Shown: piece after piece, positions 21,361-31,711 of the stretch
How the letters are laid out: every line of letters begins with the position of its first letter
Position numbering within the stretch: the stretch's first letter is position 1
Assembly (NCBI RefSeq): GCF_900167445.1
Contig: NZ_FUZT01000003.1
Location: 215,400 to 247,399 of the forward strand
From: Maledivibacter halophilus
GTDB lineage: Bacteria > Bacillota > Clostridia > Peptostreptococcales > Caminicellaceae
Length of the DNA stretch: 32,000 nucleotides
Direction: 5' to 3'
Notes under the pieces: generated by a model
The model's database searches: none
What the model saw: the letters and a program-made list of their open reading frames with translations, nothing else
What the model was told of the DNA's origin: nothing
Program-made: the position numbers and the translations under genes

Positions 21361-22224
21361 TTAGAGCTTTATTCTTGCGCTTACCACTCTTTCAATACCA
21401 GCTAAATCCTTAGTTATCTCAATATCTACATATTTCTTTTTCTCCTCCATGAGCTTAACAACCCTTTGAGCCTGGTCGTGGCCTACCTCCAAGGCTATTA
21501 GTCCATTATTTTTTAAATACACAGGAGCTTTGTCTATTATCACCCTATAAAAATCAAGACCATCCTCACCACCATCTAATGCAAGCCTTGGCTCAAATTT
21601 AGATACTTCAATTTGAAGGGTATCTATATCCTCTGTAGGTATATAAGGCGGATTGGATACTAAAATATCTATTCTCTCTAATAAATTTATATTCTCTAGA
21701 GGTTCAAATAAGCTTCCCTTTAAAAAATTTATTTTAGGCAGCACATTATTTTTCACTGCATTTATTCTAGCTATGTCTAATGCTTTTTGCGATATATCTA
21801 TTGAATAGATATATGAATTTTGAACATATTTTGCTAAACTAACAGATATGGCTCCACTTCCTGTACCTATATCTATAATATTATATTTATCATTCTCATC
21901 TATACTGTCTAATATCTTTTCTATCAAAATCTCAGTATCTGGTCTTGGTATCAATACCCCTTCCTCTAAATAAAACTCTAATCCCATAAATTCTTGAATA
22001 CCAGTTATATATTGGACTGGAACTCCACAAGCCCTTTTTTGAATCAATCCTTTATATTCTAAAATTTGCTTGTGGGTCAATACTCTATCCTTATTCACTA
22101 TTAAGTATAGCCTATCTACCTTTAAAATATGGCAAAGTATAACCTGGGCATCCAACAGAGGGGTAGAAACCTTTGTTTTAAGCCTTCCTACAGCTTCCTT
22201 CAATATCTTCTCAATAGTTATCAT
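21361..22224 (-). CDS. prmC: Release factor glutamine methyltransferase
   Basis: 287 aa; IIDIGTGSGAISVSLAKY, LVSNPPYIPTED, RPDTEILIE; start overlaps the upstream stop (TAATG). Confidence 0.97.
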   Translation of the reverse strand: MITIEKILKEAVGRLKTKVSTPLLDAQVILCHILKVDRLYLIVNKDRVLTHKQILEYKGLIQKRACGVPVQYITGIQEFMGLEFYLEEGVLIPRPDTEILIEKILDSIDENDKYNIIDIGTGSGAISVSLAKYVQNSYIYSIDISQKALDIARINAVKNNVLPKINFLKGSLFEPLENINLLERIDILVSNPPYIPTEDIDTLQIEVSKFEPRLALDGGEDGLDFYRVIIDKAPVYLKNNGLIALEVGHDQAQRVVKLMEEKKKYVDIEITKDLAGIERVVSARIKL

Positions 22225-23138
22225 TACAAATCCTGATCCTTTACAAGTATACTTTTTAAAGCTTCAATAGCAACCTCCAGCTGACTGTCATCGGGTTCTT
22301 TGGTAGTTAATTTTTGAAGCATAAGTCCAGGATAACTGAGAAGTCTCATGATTTTAGATTTGCTTTTCCCTGCTACCTTTATGATTTCATAGGAAATCCC
22401 CGCCACCAAAGGAAGTAATATTAGCTTTATAATTATTCTTTCTATCGGACTTTCCCATCCTATAAAAGAAAATAGAATTATACTGATTATCATAACAAAA
22501 AGTAGGAAACTGGTTCCACATCTTGGATGAAGAGTAGTAAATTCTCTGGCATTTTCTGGAGTCAATAGTTTTCCACTTTCATAACAGTAAATCACCTTAT
22601 GCTCTGCTCCATGATATTCAAAAACTCTTTTTATCTCCTTCATTCTCGATATAATAATAATATATCCAATGAACATTAAAATTTTCAAAGTTCCTTCAAA
22701 TCCACTAAGTACTAATCGATTGGTAAATATATTTTTAAGAAAATTAATAAGAAAAGTAGGTATAAACATAAATATTAATAGGGCCATTGCCAAGGCCAGG
22801 AAAACAGAAAAATAAGTAACTATATCATCTGCTTTATCTCCTAATTTTTCTTCCAGCCATTTTTCAAATTTACCTTTATCATACTGAGAATTCCCTTCTT
22901 CAAAAAACTCTGCGGAATAAGTGATAGCCCTTACACCTATTATCATTGAATTAAAAAAAGCTATAACACCTCTTAAAACAGGTATTTTATAAAGCTTGGA
23001 TTTTTCTATTTTACTTACAGGTTCCTTCTTTACTACTATTTCACCGTCAGATTTCCTTACAGCCATAGCAAGCCCATCGGGCCCCTTCATCATTACTCCT
23101 TCAATTAAGGCCTGTCCGCCGACACTAACTTTTTCCAT
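22224..23138 (-). CDS. DUF1385 family membrane protein
   Basis: VSVGGQALIEGVMMKGPDGLAMAVRKSDGEI...FEYHGAEHKVIYCYESG...TLHPRCGTSFL; conserved neighbour of prmC-prfA. Probable start at MEKVSVGG. Confidence 0.93.
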   Translation of the reverse strand: MEKVSVGGQALIEGVMMKGPDGLAMAVRKSDGEIVVKKEPVSKIEKSKLYKIPVLRGVIAFFNSMIIGVRAITYSAEFFEEGNSQYDKGKFEKWLEEKLGDKADDIVTYFSVFLALAMALLIFMFIPTFLINFLKNIFTNRLVLSGFEGTLKILMFIGYIIIISRMKEIKRVFEYHGAEHKVIYCYESGKLLTPENAREFTTLHPRCGTSFLLFVMIISIILFSFIGWESPIERIIIKLILLPLVAGISYEIIKVAGKSKSKIMRLLSYPGLMLQKLTTKEPDDSQLEVAIEALKSILVKDQDL

Positions 23139-23210
23139 TTTTTCACCTGCTTTCAAAACACTAGTTGGCTATTATATTATATCATATATGTTCCAACCTC
23201 ATATCTATAA

Positions 23211-23789
23211 TTAATCTCTAGGCACCTCATGATGTAATCTGCATCTTGCTTCATAGCTTTCAGTGGCTCCTACTAAAACTACTTCATCTGAATATTTTGC
23301 AGGCTTTCCGTTTATTAATCTCTGAGTTCTATGGGCAGGAGCTCCACATTTTACACATATAGCACTAAGCTTATCCACAAACTCTGCAATTGCCATAATC
23401 TTTGGCGTAGGTCCAAAGGGTTCTCCACGAAAATCCATATCTAAACCTGCTACCAATACTCTTTTACCTCTATCAGCAAGGGTTTTTATTACATCAATTA
23501 TATCGTCATTAAAAAACTGTACTTCATCTATCCCAACAACATGGGTTTTTTCATCTACATATTTATAGATATCCTTGGGATTAGATATGTTTATAGCATT
23601 GATTTTACTACCATTATGGGATACCACATTTTTTTTGCAATACCTATCGTCTATAGAAGGTTTAAATACAATTACATTTTGTTTGGCTATCTTAGCTCTT
23701 TTCAATCTTCTTATTAATTCCTCACTCTTTCCACTGTACATCGGTCCTACTATAACTTCTATATACCCATGATGATTAGGTCTATACAT
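23211..23789 (-). CDS. tdk: Thymidine kinase
   Basis: [42 protein letters not shown]-type Zn motifs ([13 protein letters not shown]). The track ORF extends to 23864, but [12 protein letters not shown] at 23789 is the likely start. Confidence 0.96.
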   Translation of the reverse strand: MYRPNHHGYIEVIVGPMYSGKSEELIRRLKRAKIAKQNVIVFKPSIDDRYCKKNVVSHNGSKINAINISNPKDIYKYVDEKTHVVGIDEVQFFNDDIIDVIKTLADRGKRVLVAGLDMDFRGEPFGPTPKIMAIAEFVDKLSAICVKCGAPAHRTQRLINGKPAKYSDEVVLVGATESYEARCRLHHEVPRD

Positions 23790-23871
23790 CTTACTTTTTC
23801 CTCCCTTTGTATAAAGCAACAGATTACGGATAATATCCTGCCTATAGGCTGTTTTTATCAACACAAAATAA

Positions 23872-23895
23872 GGCTAGAGAAATTTATCTCTAACC
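23872..23895 (-). terminator. Weak hairpin between rpmE and tdk
   Basis: GGCTAGAGA / TCTCTAACC stem with one mismatch just downstream of the rpmE stop. Confidence 0.35.
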
Positions 23896-23916
23896 TCATA
23901 GCTTTTTTGAAAATTA

Positions 23917-24117
23917 CTATTCCATACCATATTTCTTCTTAAATCTCTCCGCTCTTCCGCCACGCTCTACAGTCTTTTGACTTCCTGTGTAGAAAGGATG
24001 GCATTCAGAACAAATTTCTATTCTAATCTCGTCCTTAACTGACTTAGTTTCAAATGTATTTCCACAAGCACATCTTACTGTACATTTATCATATTTTGGA
24101 TGTATTTTGGGCTTCAT
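23917..24117 (-). CDS. rpmE: Ribosomal protein L31, zinc-binding type
   Basis: [45 protein letters not shown]; SD (AGAGGTG) upstream of the internal Met. Confidence 0.97.
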   Translation of the reverse strand: MKPKIHPKYDKCTVRCACGNTFETKSVKDEIRIEICSECHPFYTGSQKTVERGGRAERFKKKYGME

Positions 24118-24271
24118 ATATTTCACCTCTTTCATCAATTTTCTCTCTATATATTAATAATATTCTATATAATTGTCAAGGAAAAATAGTATTACAAATA
24201 AATCATAATACTTTTTCAACCATTACATTTTATCACATGACAACTAAATATTCAAGATAGGTTTTCAATAA

Positions 24272-25666
24272 TTATAATATTTTTTTTCTCATCATTTCTA
24301 CAAATTCATCATTGTTTCTTGTAGAAATCAACTGCTTAATTATCGCCTCTGTTACTTCATAGGTAGAATTACTACTCATAGCCCTTCTTATATTCCATAT
24401 GGTCTCAAGCTCTTTTTGGCTAAGGAGTAATTCTTCTCTCCTTGTACCGGATTTTTGTATGTCTACAGCTGGGAAAATTCTCTTTTCTGATAATTTTCTG
24501 TCTAAATGAAGCTCCATATTACCAGTACCCTTAAATTCTTCATAAATCACATCATCCATTCTACTTCCGGTTTCAATTAAAGCAGTGGCAAGAATGGTTA
24601 AACTGCCTCCTTCTTCTATGTTTCTGGCAGCCCCAAAAAATCTCTTAGGTTTGTGTAAAGCAGCAGGGTCAAGTCCACCGGATAATGTTCTTCCAGTAGC
24701 AGGAATTGTAAGATTATATGCCCTTGCAAGTCTTGTGATACTATCTAGAAGAATGACAACATCCTTTTTCTGCTCAACCAATCTTTGAGCTCTATCCAAT
24801 ACCATTTCAGCAACCTTAATATGATGATTTGGAAGCTCATCAAACGTAGAATAGATAACCTCTGCATCTATAGATCGTTTCATATCTGTAACTTCCTCTG
24901 GTCTCTCATCGATCAGAAGAACTATTATTTCTACCTTAGGATAATTAATAGATATGCTCTTGGCAATTTTTTGAAGTAGTATAGTTTTTCCTGCCTTTGG
25001 AGGGGCAACTATAAGTCCTCTCTGACCTTTTCCAATGGGAGCAATAAAATCAATAAGTCTCATAGACAGATCTGATGAGTTAGCTTCCAGGGTTATTCTA
25101 TTATTTGGATAAATCGGGGTAAGATTTTCAAAATTAGGCCTTTTAGAAGCAACTTCAGGGGGATCACCATTTACTTTTTGAACATATAGAAGAGCTCTAA
25201 ACTTTTCACTACTTTTAGCTGGTCTGGTAATACCAGAAATCATATCTCCTGTTTTTAACTTAAATTTCCTTATTTGAGAAGGGGAAACATAAACATCTAA
25301 TTCACTAGATAAAAAGTTATGAAACCTTAAAAAACCAAATCCGCCATCAGACATTATTTCCAAAATACCTTCAACAACATCTGCCTGATTATTTCTTTCA
25401 ATCTCATCATTTATCTTCTCAGGCAGTTTCTCTCTCGAAATACTTTTATCTATCTTCGGTTTTTTTCTACTGATTTTTTCACTATTAACTTCTTCATTAT
25501 TGATTTCCTTTTGACTTAACTGATCTGAACCTATCTTCTCTGAATTTTGTAAAATAACGTTTATTAGTTCTTGCTTTTTATACTTTGAATAGCCTTTAAT
25601 ATTCAGATCCTTAGCCATTTGTCTCAGATCTGACATATTTTTGTTTTGTAATTGTACTGAATCCAA
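24272..25666 (-). CDS. rho: Transcription termination factor Rho
   Basis: 464 aa; DLRQMAKDLNIKGYSKYKKQEL N-term; GQRGLIVAPPKAGKTILL; VILLDSITRLARAYN; GGLDPAALHKPKRFFGAARNIEEGGSLT. Confidence 0.98.
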   Translation of the reverse strand: MDSVQLQNKNMSDLRQMAKDLNIKGYSKYKKQELINVILQNSEKIGSDQLSQKEINNEEVNSEKISRKKPKIDKSISREKLPEKINDEIERNNQADVVEGILEIMSDGGFGFLRFHNFLSSELDVYVSPSQIRKFKLKTGDMISGITRPAKSSEKFRALLYVQKVNGDPPEVASKRPNFENLTPIYPNNRITLEANSSDLSMRLIDFIAPIGKGQRGLIVAPPKAGKTILLQKIAKSISINYPKVEIIVLLIDERPEEVTDMKRSIDAEVIYSTFDELPNHHIKVAEMVLDRAQRLVEQKKDVVILLDSITRLARAYNLTIPATGRTLSGGLDPAALHKPKRFFGAARNIEEGGSLTILATALIETGSRMDDVIYEEFKGTGNMELHLDRKLSEKRIFPAVDIQKSGTRREELLLSQKELETIWNIRRAMSSNSTYEVTEAIIKQLISTRNNDEFVEMMRKKIL

Positions 25667-25823
25667 GTTTGCACCTCCACAAGAATATAACTACTAGCAA
25701 CCAGCTAGCAGCTTCCAGCTCTACAAAAATCATTCCTTCAGTTCTTTATAAAACTATAAACTGAAAAAGAATATTACACAATTTTCCTAGAAGCCAGTGG
25801 CTAAAAGCTAGCAGCTCCACTAT

Positions 25824-26792
25824 TTATTTTGCATATTTCGGTTTCTTTTCCATATTGTGTACAGTTTCAACAAATCTAATTGTTCCAGTTTCTGATCTCA
25901 TTACTACAGAATGTGTTAAGCACTTGTTGTGGGATAAATATCTAACTCCTTTTAATAGATCTCCATCGGAAACCCCAGTTGCAGCAAAGTATACTTCATT
26001 TCCTTTAACTAAATCATCTAATAGTAACACTTTATCAATATCAACTTCCATTTTTTTGCATCTTTTCATTTCTTCATCACTCATTGGTGTAAGTTTCCCC
26101 TGCATTTCTCCACCTAGACACTTTATAGCCGCAGCAGCTATTACTCCTTCTGGAGCTCCACCCTGCCCTATTAAAACATCTACTCCTGTGTGCTCAAAGC
26201 AGGTTGCAATTGCTGTAGCAACATCACCTTCTCTAAACAATTGTATTCTACATCCTAATTCTCTACAATCTTTCATAATATCATTATGTCTTTCCCTATC
26301 AAGCATTGTAACAGTGAGTTCAGTCACATCTTTGTCAAGGGCCTTGGCAATATTTATCATATTTTCCTTTACTGGTGCATTTAAATCTATAACACCTTTT
26401 GCCTTTGGACCAACGGCAAGCTTATACATATAGGTATCCGGAGCCTTTAGTAAAGATCCTCTAGGTCCCATGGCCACAACAGATATAGCATTTGGTAGTC
26501 CTTTGGCAACACAATTGGTGCCATCCACAGGGTCAACAGCTATGTCAACCTTTGGTGAATTTGATTCACATGCTCCAATTCTTTCACCTATATACAACAT
26601 AGGAGCCTCATCCAATTCGCCTTCACCTATAACAACTATTCCGTCTATATCCATGGTATCAAACATCTTCCTCATACTATCCACTGCACCTTGATCTGCT
26701 AAATTCTTATCACCTCTGCCCATATATTTCGCACTTCCTAATGAAGCAGCTTCTGTCACCCTAACAAGGTTAATAGCTAAATTTCTATCCAT
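25824..26792 (-). CDS. glpX: Class II fructose-1,6-bisphosphatase
   Basis: MDRNLAINLVRVTEAASLGSAKYMGRGDKNLADQGAVDSMR, GEGELDEAPMLYIGE, DPVDGTN; strong SD before the internal Met. Confidence 0.96.
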   Translation of the reverse strand: MDRNLAINLVRVTEAASLGSAKYMGRGDKNLADQGAVDSMRKMFDTMDIDGIVVIGEGELDEAPMLYIGERIGACESNSPKVDIAVDPVDGTNCVAKGLPNAISVVAMGPRGSLLKAPDTYMYKLAVGPKAKGVIDLNAPVKENMINIAKALDKDVTELTVTMLDRERHNDIMKDCRELGCRIQLFREGDVATAIATCFEHTGVDVLIGQGGAPEGVIAAAAIKCLGGEMQGKLTPMSDEEMKRCKKMEVDIDKVLLLDDLVKGNEVYFAATGVSDGDLLKGVRYLSHNKCLTHSVVMRSETGTIRFVETVHNMEKKPKYAK

Positions 26793-27575
26793 AAACTTAT
26801 TTTCCCCCCTCAATATGTTTTATTATAATGAAATAATCTGAAAATTTTGTTTCATCATAAAGATAATCAATTCCAAAATTATTGAACATTAATTCAATAC
26901 CTAACAAATAAAAGTTAGCTCTTTGATTAAAGTAATAGCTAAAAAAATCTATCATTAAAATACCATTCTACAATATCAAATTCAAAAAATATTTAAGGGA
27001 ATACAGGCTTTTTCACTTCAGATTACTATAGAGAAACAATCTCAAGACTCAATCTAGACATCTTAAAAATATCGATACTCCTACGATTTTTTATAATGTA
27101 TGAATTGCCTTTCACTTTATTTCACTATATGGATTTAAAGCTTGATATTAAGAGAAGGGTATAATTTATTATTTTAAACAATAATCAACTTAACTTTATC
27201 AATAATCATTATAACATAATTTATATATAAAATCGACTAAAGACCTCTATTACTTTATCAATTGTGTCAAATTGGAATTATACAATTACCTCAATTATAA
27301 AGCATTATAAAATTCAAATCAATATTCTTTAAAAATATATTAGCTATATATAACTAAAAAATTCAACTTACTCCAATAGTCACATATCTATATATTAATT
27401 ATTACAGTTTTATTACACATATTATACATTTATTTTAAATATTTTTATAAAATAGCATATATTACTTTAATTATGGTATATTTATTACTAGGAACTAAAA
27501 TGGTACAAAATAACTATCATGTCATATTTGGGACAAAAATATATGCTTCTATAAAGCCTTTTAGCCTAAACAAAT

Positions 27576-27721
27576 GAGGAAATTGCATAATTCTAATTTG
27601 ACAAAATTACATATGCAAATATTGCCCTTAATTTAACTAGTTATGATAGTTTCTATATTAGTTTTTTGATAGGGCAATAGTGCAATTTACTCAAATCTAA
27701 ATAATAGAGGGAATTGCATAA
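27576..27721. repeat. Intergenic direct repeat plus imperfect inverted repeat element
   Basis: GAGGAAATTGCATAA (27576-27590) and GAGGGAATTGCATAA (27707-27721), 14/15 identical, flank an imperfect IR (ATTTGACAAAATTAC...ATTGCCCT / AGGGCAAT..TGCAATTTACTCAAAT). Confidence 0.5.
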
Positions 27722-27846
27722 TACATGTAAAGAATTTTAAAATACAAAATGCAGTAGAGATAATTAGGTAAGTTATCTACATATTGTATTTTAAAATTAA
27801 TAATGTTAATTATGCAAGTTTCTCAATAAATTAGGGAGGTGCAGTT

Positions 27847-29619
27847 ATGAAGAGAAAACTGGCAATACTATTATCAATCTTTGTTTTCTTTAGCTTTCTA
27901 AATATAAATGTATATGCCACTGGCGATGAAAATGAAAATCAAAAGCCAATAACAGTTAAATTAAATGGAGAAGCCCTGGATTTTGATACCGAACCAGTAA
28001 TTATTAACGATAGGACCATGCTTCCAATGAGAGCCATATTTGAAGAGCTGGGTGCACAAGTTAACTGGCACAAAGAAATAAAAACAGTTACTGGCTATAG
28101 AAGATATAAGGACATCTCAGACATGTTTATCAAGCTTAAAATAGGAGACAATACCGCCTATAGAAATGGAAAGGCCTTTACTCTGGCTTCTCCACCAGTT
28201 ATAAAAAATGATAGAACCCTAGTGCCAGTAAGATTTATTGCTGAAAGTTTTGGAGTTGATGTTGACTGGGATAGCAAAAACAGAACTGTATTATTGAATT
28301 ATGATACTGATCAAGTTAACTCTCCAGAATTAATTGACGATATCTCTTATGTAACTAAATACTTTGATTCTGGCGTTAACATTATGATCCCTGAGTACTG
28401 GAATAGAGGTTCTGATTCTAATAAATTTGGATACAGGGACGAAAATAATAGTATACAAATGGCTGTAGATATAGTTGAATTTAAAGAATCTAAAACATTA
28501 GACCAGTTCACCGAAGAAAGCAAGGCTTCTATACTTAATAATTTTAAAGATAAGGTTATATTCACTGGAAACAACAAAATTAATATAAACAATATTAATG
28601 TAAATGTTGTCTATTTGAAAAATTCCTCTACTACACCGGAAGTAAATCAGGTAATATACTATTTTACCCATTCAGAATATGGATATAAAATAACTTTTTC
28701 ATATTATTCTGAAGCCAATGACAGTCAGTTTTTAAATATAATCTCAAATATTATGAACACCATTGAAATTAGTGGCTTAACAATTAGCACAAAGGACGAA
28801 CACTATATAGAATATGATCCTTTCTTTAATTATGAAATAGATTTAGACTCTGAAATTTACTCAAGTATGGAAGTAGAAGGTGAATTTGATTTTAAAGGAA
28901 CATTAAATAATAAAAATGATTTTAAATATTTTATCGTAACAATCTCAAGGGCAGCAGAAAAGGTCCAGCTAAAAGTACCTATTACCAATTATGAATTTAA
29001 CTCAAAAATCTACACTCCATTTAAATTAGGTAAACATAATGTAACTATTGAAATACCAAAATCTCAGGATAAAGTTATGCAATTTAGTGTTTTAAATACA
29101 AGCACCCAGGATATCAGGTATCTTATACCAAGCATATTAGTTGAGAAGGACGATAAAGAAATTATTGATTTAGCCAACGAAATTACTAAAAATATAGATA
29201 AGTATCTACCCGAATATGACAAGGCAAAGGCAATATTTAAGTGGATTTGTGAAAACATAGAATATGATTCAGAATCAATTAATAAAAGTCCAAGAAGTGC
29301 CAAAAAAGTCTTAGCTGATAATAAGGGAACTAATGAAGAATTATCTTATTTATATGCTGCATTGCTTAGAGCTTCTGGAATACCTACTAAAATAGTAAAG
29401 GGAACAAGGGTTGATGAGCAGCATGTATGGAACGAAATAGAAATTAACGGAAAATGGATTATAGCTGATGTTACCCTGGGAAGCAGCAGCGGTGATATCG
29501 CTGAAGATAATATTAGCGAAGATGAAACAGCTGATAAAAAAGCAGATATGAAATATTTCGATATTAAAAGAAGTGACTACGAAGAAAAATTCCCGGAAAC
29601 TGAAATACTGGAATATTAA
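27847..29619 (+). CDS. Secreted copper-amine-oxidase-N-like (stalk) domain protein with C-terminal transglutaminase-like domain
   Basis: 590 aa; signal peptide; VIINDRTMLPMRAIFEELGAQVNW and VIKNDRTLVPVRFIAESFGVDVDWD stalk motifs; C-terminal KAIFKWICENIEYD...NKGTNEELSYLYAALLRASGIPTKIVKG...EQHVWNEIEINGKWIIADVT. Confidence 0.88.
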   Translation: MKRKLAILLSIFVFFSFLNINVYATGDENENQKPITVKLNGEALDFDTEPVIINDRTMLPMRAIFEELGAQVNWHKEIKTVTGYRRYKDISDMFIKLKIGDNTAYRNGKAFTLASPPVIKNDRTLVPVRFIAESFGVDVDWDSKNRTVLLNYDTDQVNSPELIDDISYVTKYFDSGVNIMIPEYWNRGSDSNKFGYRDENNSIQMAVDIVEFKESKTLDQFTEESKASILNNFKDKVIFTGNNKININNINVNVVYLKNSSTTPEVNQVIYYFTHSEYGYKITFSYYSEANDSQFLNIISNIMNTIEISGLTISTKDEHYIEYDPFFNYEIDLDSEIYSSMEVEGEFDFKGTLNNKNDFKYFIVTISRAAEKVQLKVPITNYEFNSKIYTPFKLGKHNVTIEIPKSQDKVMQFSVLNTSTQDIRYLIPSILVEKDDKEIIDLANEITKNIDKYLPEYDKAKAIFKWICENIEYDSESINKSPRSAKKVLADNKGTNEELSYLYAALLRASGIPTKIVKGTRVDEQHVWNEIEINGKWIIADVTLGSSSGDIAEDNISEDETADKKADMKYFDIKRSDYEEKFPETEILEY

Positions 29620-29652
29620 AACTTTGAAATAAAAAATAATCCTTAAAAAAGC

Positions 29653-29702
29653 ATGACCATAATAATCAAAAATTATAAAGCGATTATTATGGTCATATTT
29701 TT
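29653..29702. terminator. Bidirectional terminator between convergent genes
   Basis: ATGACCATAATAATC (29653-29667) and GATTATTATGGTCAT (29682-29696), 15-bp perfect stem with T-runs on both sides. Confidence 0.85.
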
Positions 29703-29721
29703 ATAAAAGAAAATATCAAGC

Positions 29722-30366
29722 TTATTTATTTAGCTTTTCCCAATCTTTATTGAATTTCTCTATTCCTTTATCAGTCAGTGGATGATTTAACATTTGTTTA
29801 AATACTTTGTATGGAATTGTTGCAATATCAGACCCCTGTAAAGCCGCTTCAGTTACATGCATTGGATGTCTAATGCTTGCTGCAATTATTTCTGTATCAA
29901 TCCCATGAATATCAAAAATCTGAGCCACTTCTCCAATAAGATTCATACCCGAATTACCTATATCATCCATTCTTCCTATAAATGGACTTACAAATGTGGC
30001 ACCAGCCCTAGCTGCAAGTAAAGCTTGGTTTGCCGAAAAGACTAATGTACAATTGGTTTTTATACCCTTTTCACTAAGAAGCTTTATTGCCTTTAGTCCT
30101 TCTTCAGTCATTGGTATCTTTATTACGATATTTTCATGGATACCTGCCAGAGCTTCTCCATCCCGAGCCATATCTTCTGCCTTTTCTGCAACTACCTCTG
30201 CACTTATAGGACCATCTACTATATTTACTATTTCATTTATTACTTCCTTTAAATCTCTTCCTTCTTTGGCTATCAAGGATGGATTTGTAGTAGCTCCAGC
30301 TAATACTCCCCACTTACTTATTTCCCTTATTTCATCAATATTAGCAGTATCAATAAAAAGCTTCAT
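29722..30366 (-). CDS. fsa: Transaldolase / fructose-6-phosphate aldolase family
   Basis: 214 aa; [69 protein letters not shown]. Confidence 0.94.
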   Translation of the reverse strand: MKLFIDTANIDEIREISKWGVLAGATTNPSLIAKEGRDLKEVINEIVNIVDGPISAEVVAEKAEDMARDGEALAGIHENIVIKIPMTEEGLKAIKLLSEKGIKTNCTLVFSANQALLAARAGATFVSPFIGRMDDIGNSGMNLIGEVAQIFDIHGIDTEIIAASIRHPMHVTEAALQGSDIATIPYKVFKQMLNHPLTDKGIEKFNKDWEKLNK

Positions 30367-30381
30367 TCTATCACATCTCCC

Positions 30382-31215
30382 TTATTTCTTAATACCTAAT
30401 ATTTCCCTTGCTTCATCGGGAGTCGCTACTTCTCTTCCCATTTCTTTGGCGATTCTTACAACTCTTTCAACAAGCTCAGCATTTGACTTTGCCAATACTC
30501 CCTTGGAATAATATATATTATCTTCAAATCCCACCCTTACATTGCCTCCTAAAACTATAGCCATAGCAGCAAGGGGAGTCTCAGACCTACCTATACCTGC
30601 CACTGTCCATGTGGATTCTTCAGGTATACTTCTTACCATATGCATTAAATCCTCGGGAGTTCCAGGACAAGCACCGGGTACACCAAGAACAAAATCAAAA
30701 TGTAGTGGAAAATCTATAAAACCTTTTTTAGCCAGTCTTAAGGCATTGTTGATCATGCCCCTTTCAAAAACTTCTATTTCAGGCTTTACTCCAAGCTCTT
30801 TCATTCTTTTTGCAAACTTTTCCATATATTCCTGCGAATTCATAAATACATCGGGTCCAAAGTTACAGGTTCCACAGCTAAGTGTTGCCATCTCCGGAGC
30901 TAATTCAACAGGCTGTAATCTTTCATCAGCTGAATGCCATACAGCACCACCAGTTGAAGGCTGAACAATGATATTACACTTAGCCTCAATTTTTTCCTTT
31001 ATTTCCTTATAGACCTCATAGGCTTGAGTTGGGTTACCATCATCATCTCTTGCATGTACATGTACTATAGAAGCACCAGCTTTATAGCACTCATAGGCAG
31101 CCTCAGCAATCTCATCAGGAGTAGCAGGAAGATTTGGCTGCTGTTCTTTAGTAACCTCAGCACCAGTTAAAGCCGCAGTAATTATTAGTTTTTGCATATT
31201 AACATACCCCCACAT
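30382..31215 (-). CDS. kce: 3-keto-5-aminohexanoate cleavage enzyme (BKACE/DUF849 family)
   Basis: 277 aa; KLIITAALTGAEVTKEQQPNLPATPDEIAEAAYECYKAGASIVHVHARDDDGNPT; adjacent to the kal-like gene. Confidence 0.92.
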   Translation of the reverse strand: MWGYVNMQKLIITAALTGAEVTKEQQPNLPATPDEIAEAAYECYKAGASIVHVHARDDDGNPTQAYEVYKEIKEKIEAKCNIIVQPSTGGAVWHSADERLQPVELAPEMATLSCGTCNFGPDVFMNSQEYMEKFAKRMKELGVKPEIEVFERGMINNALRLAKKGFIDFPLHFDFVLGVPGACPGTPEDLMHMVRSIPEESTWTVAGIGRSETPLAAMAIVLGGNVRVGFEDNIYYSKGVLAKSNAELVERVVRIAKEMGREVATPDEAREILGIKK

Positions 31216-31294
31216 TTATTCTAAACTCTCTAACATTCTGCTCAAGTTCTTAGGTCATCTCCAAAGGCTGACCACAAAACTCAGACCTTAAAAC

Positions 31295-31678
31295 TCACTT
31301 CCTCTGCTTATTTTTAGGCACCACACAAGTTCCTGATGCTCTGCATACTACAATGGGCTTCTCTAATACATCACATGCTGAATCGCTTAAATCTGGTCTT
31401 GGAATTATAACCTTCCTGGCTTCAAATTTCATTTTTCTTGAAGAATTTCCACATTTGATTATTTCACCTACTGCTTCAATATAATCTCCGGCATAAACAG
31501 GTGCAGTAAATTCCACACTATCATAGCCTGCAAATAGCCCTTCATCACCATCATTTCTGATTAACAATTCAGTTGCAACATCACCAAAGAGCTGAAGCAT
31601 CTTTGCACCATCAACTAAATTTCCACCATAATGAGCATCGTGCATACTCATCCTCATTCTTATCATTGCCTTTTCCAT
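31295..31678 (-). CDS. kal: 3-aminobutyryl-CoA ammonia-lyase-like hotdog protein
   Basis: 127 aa; [64 protein letters not shown]; next to kce. Confidence 0.88.
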   Translation of the reverse strand: MEKAMIRMRMSMHDAHYGGNLVDGAKMLQLFGDVATELLIRNDGDEGLFAGYDSVEFTAPVYAGDYIEAVGEIIKCGNSSRKMKFEARKVIIPRPDLSDSACDVLEKPIVVCRASGTCVVPKNKQRK

Positions 31679-31711
31679 AGATTCATACCCCCAGAAATAT
31701 TTTTTTTGTTT

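Noticed and set aside
29996-30964. Plus-strand ORFs opposite fsa and kce (171 aa and 140 aa)
   Set aside because: Antisense to well-recognised enzymes; compositions typical of shadow ORFs.
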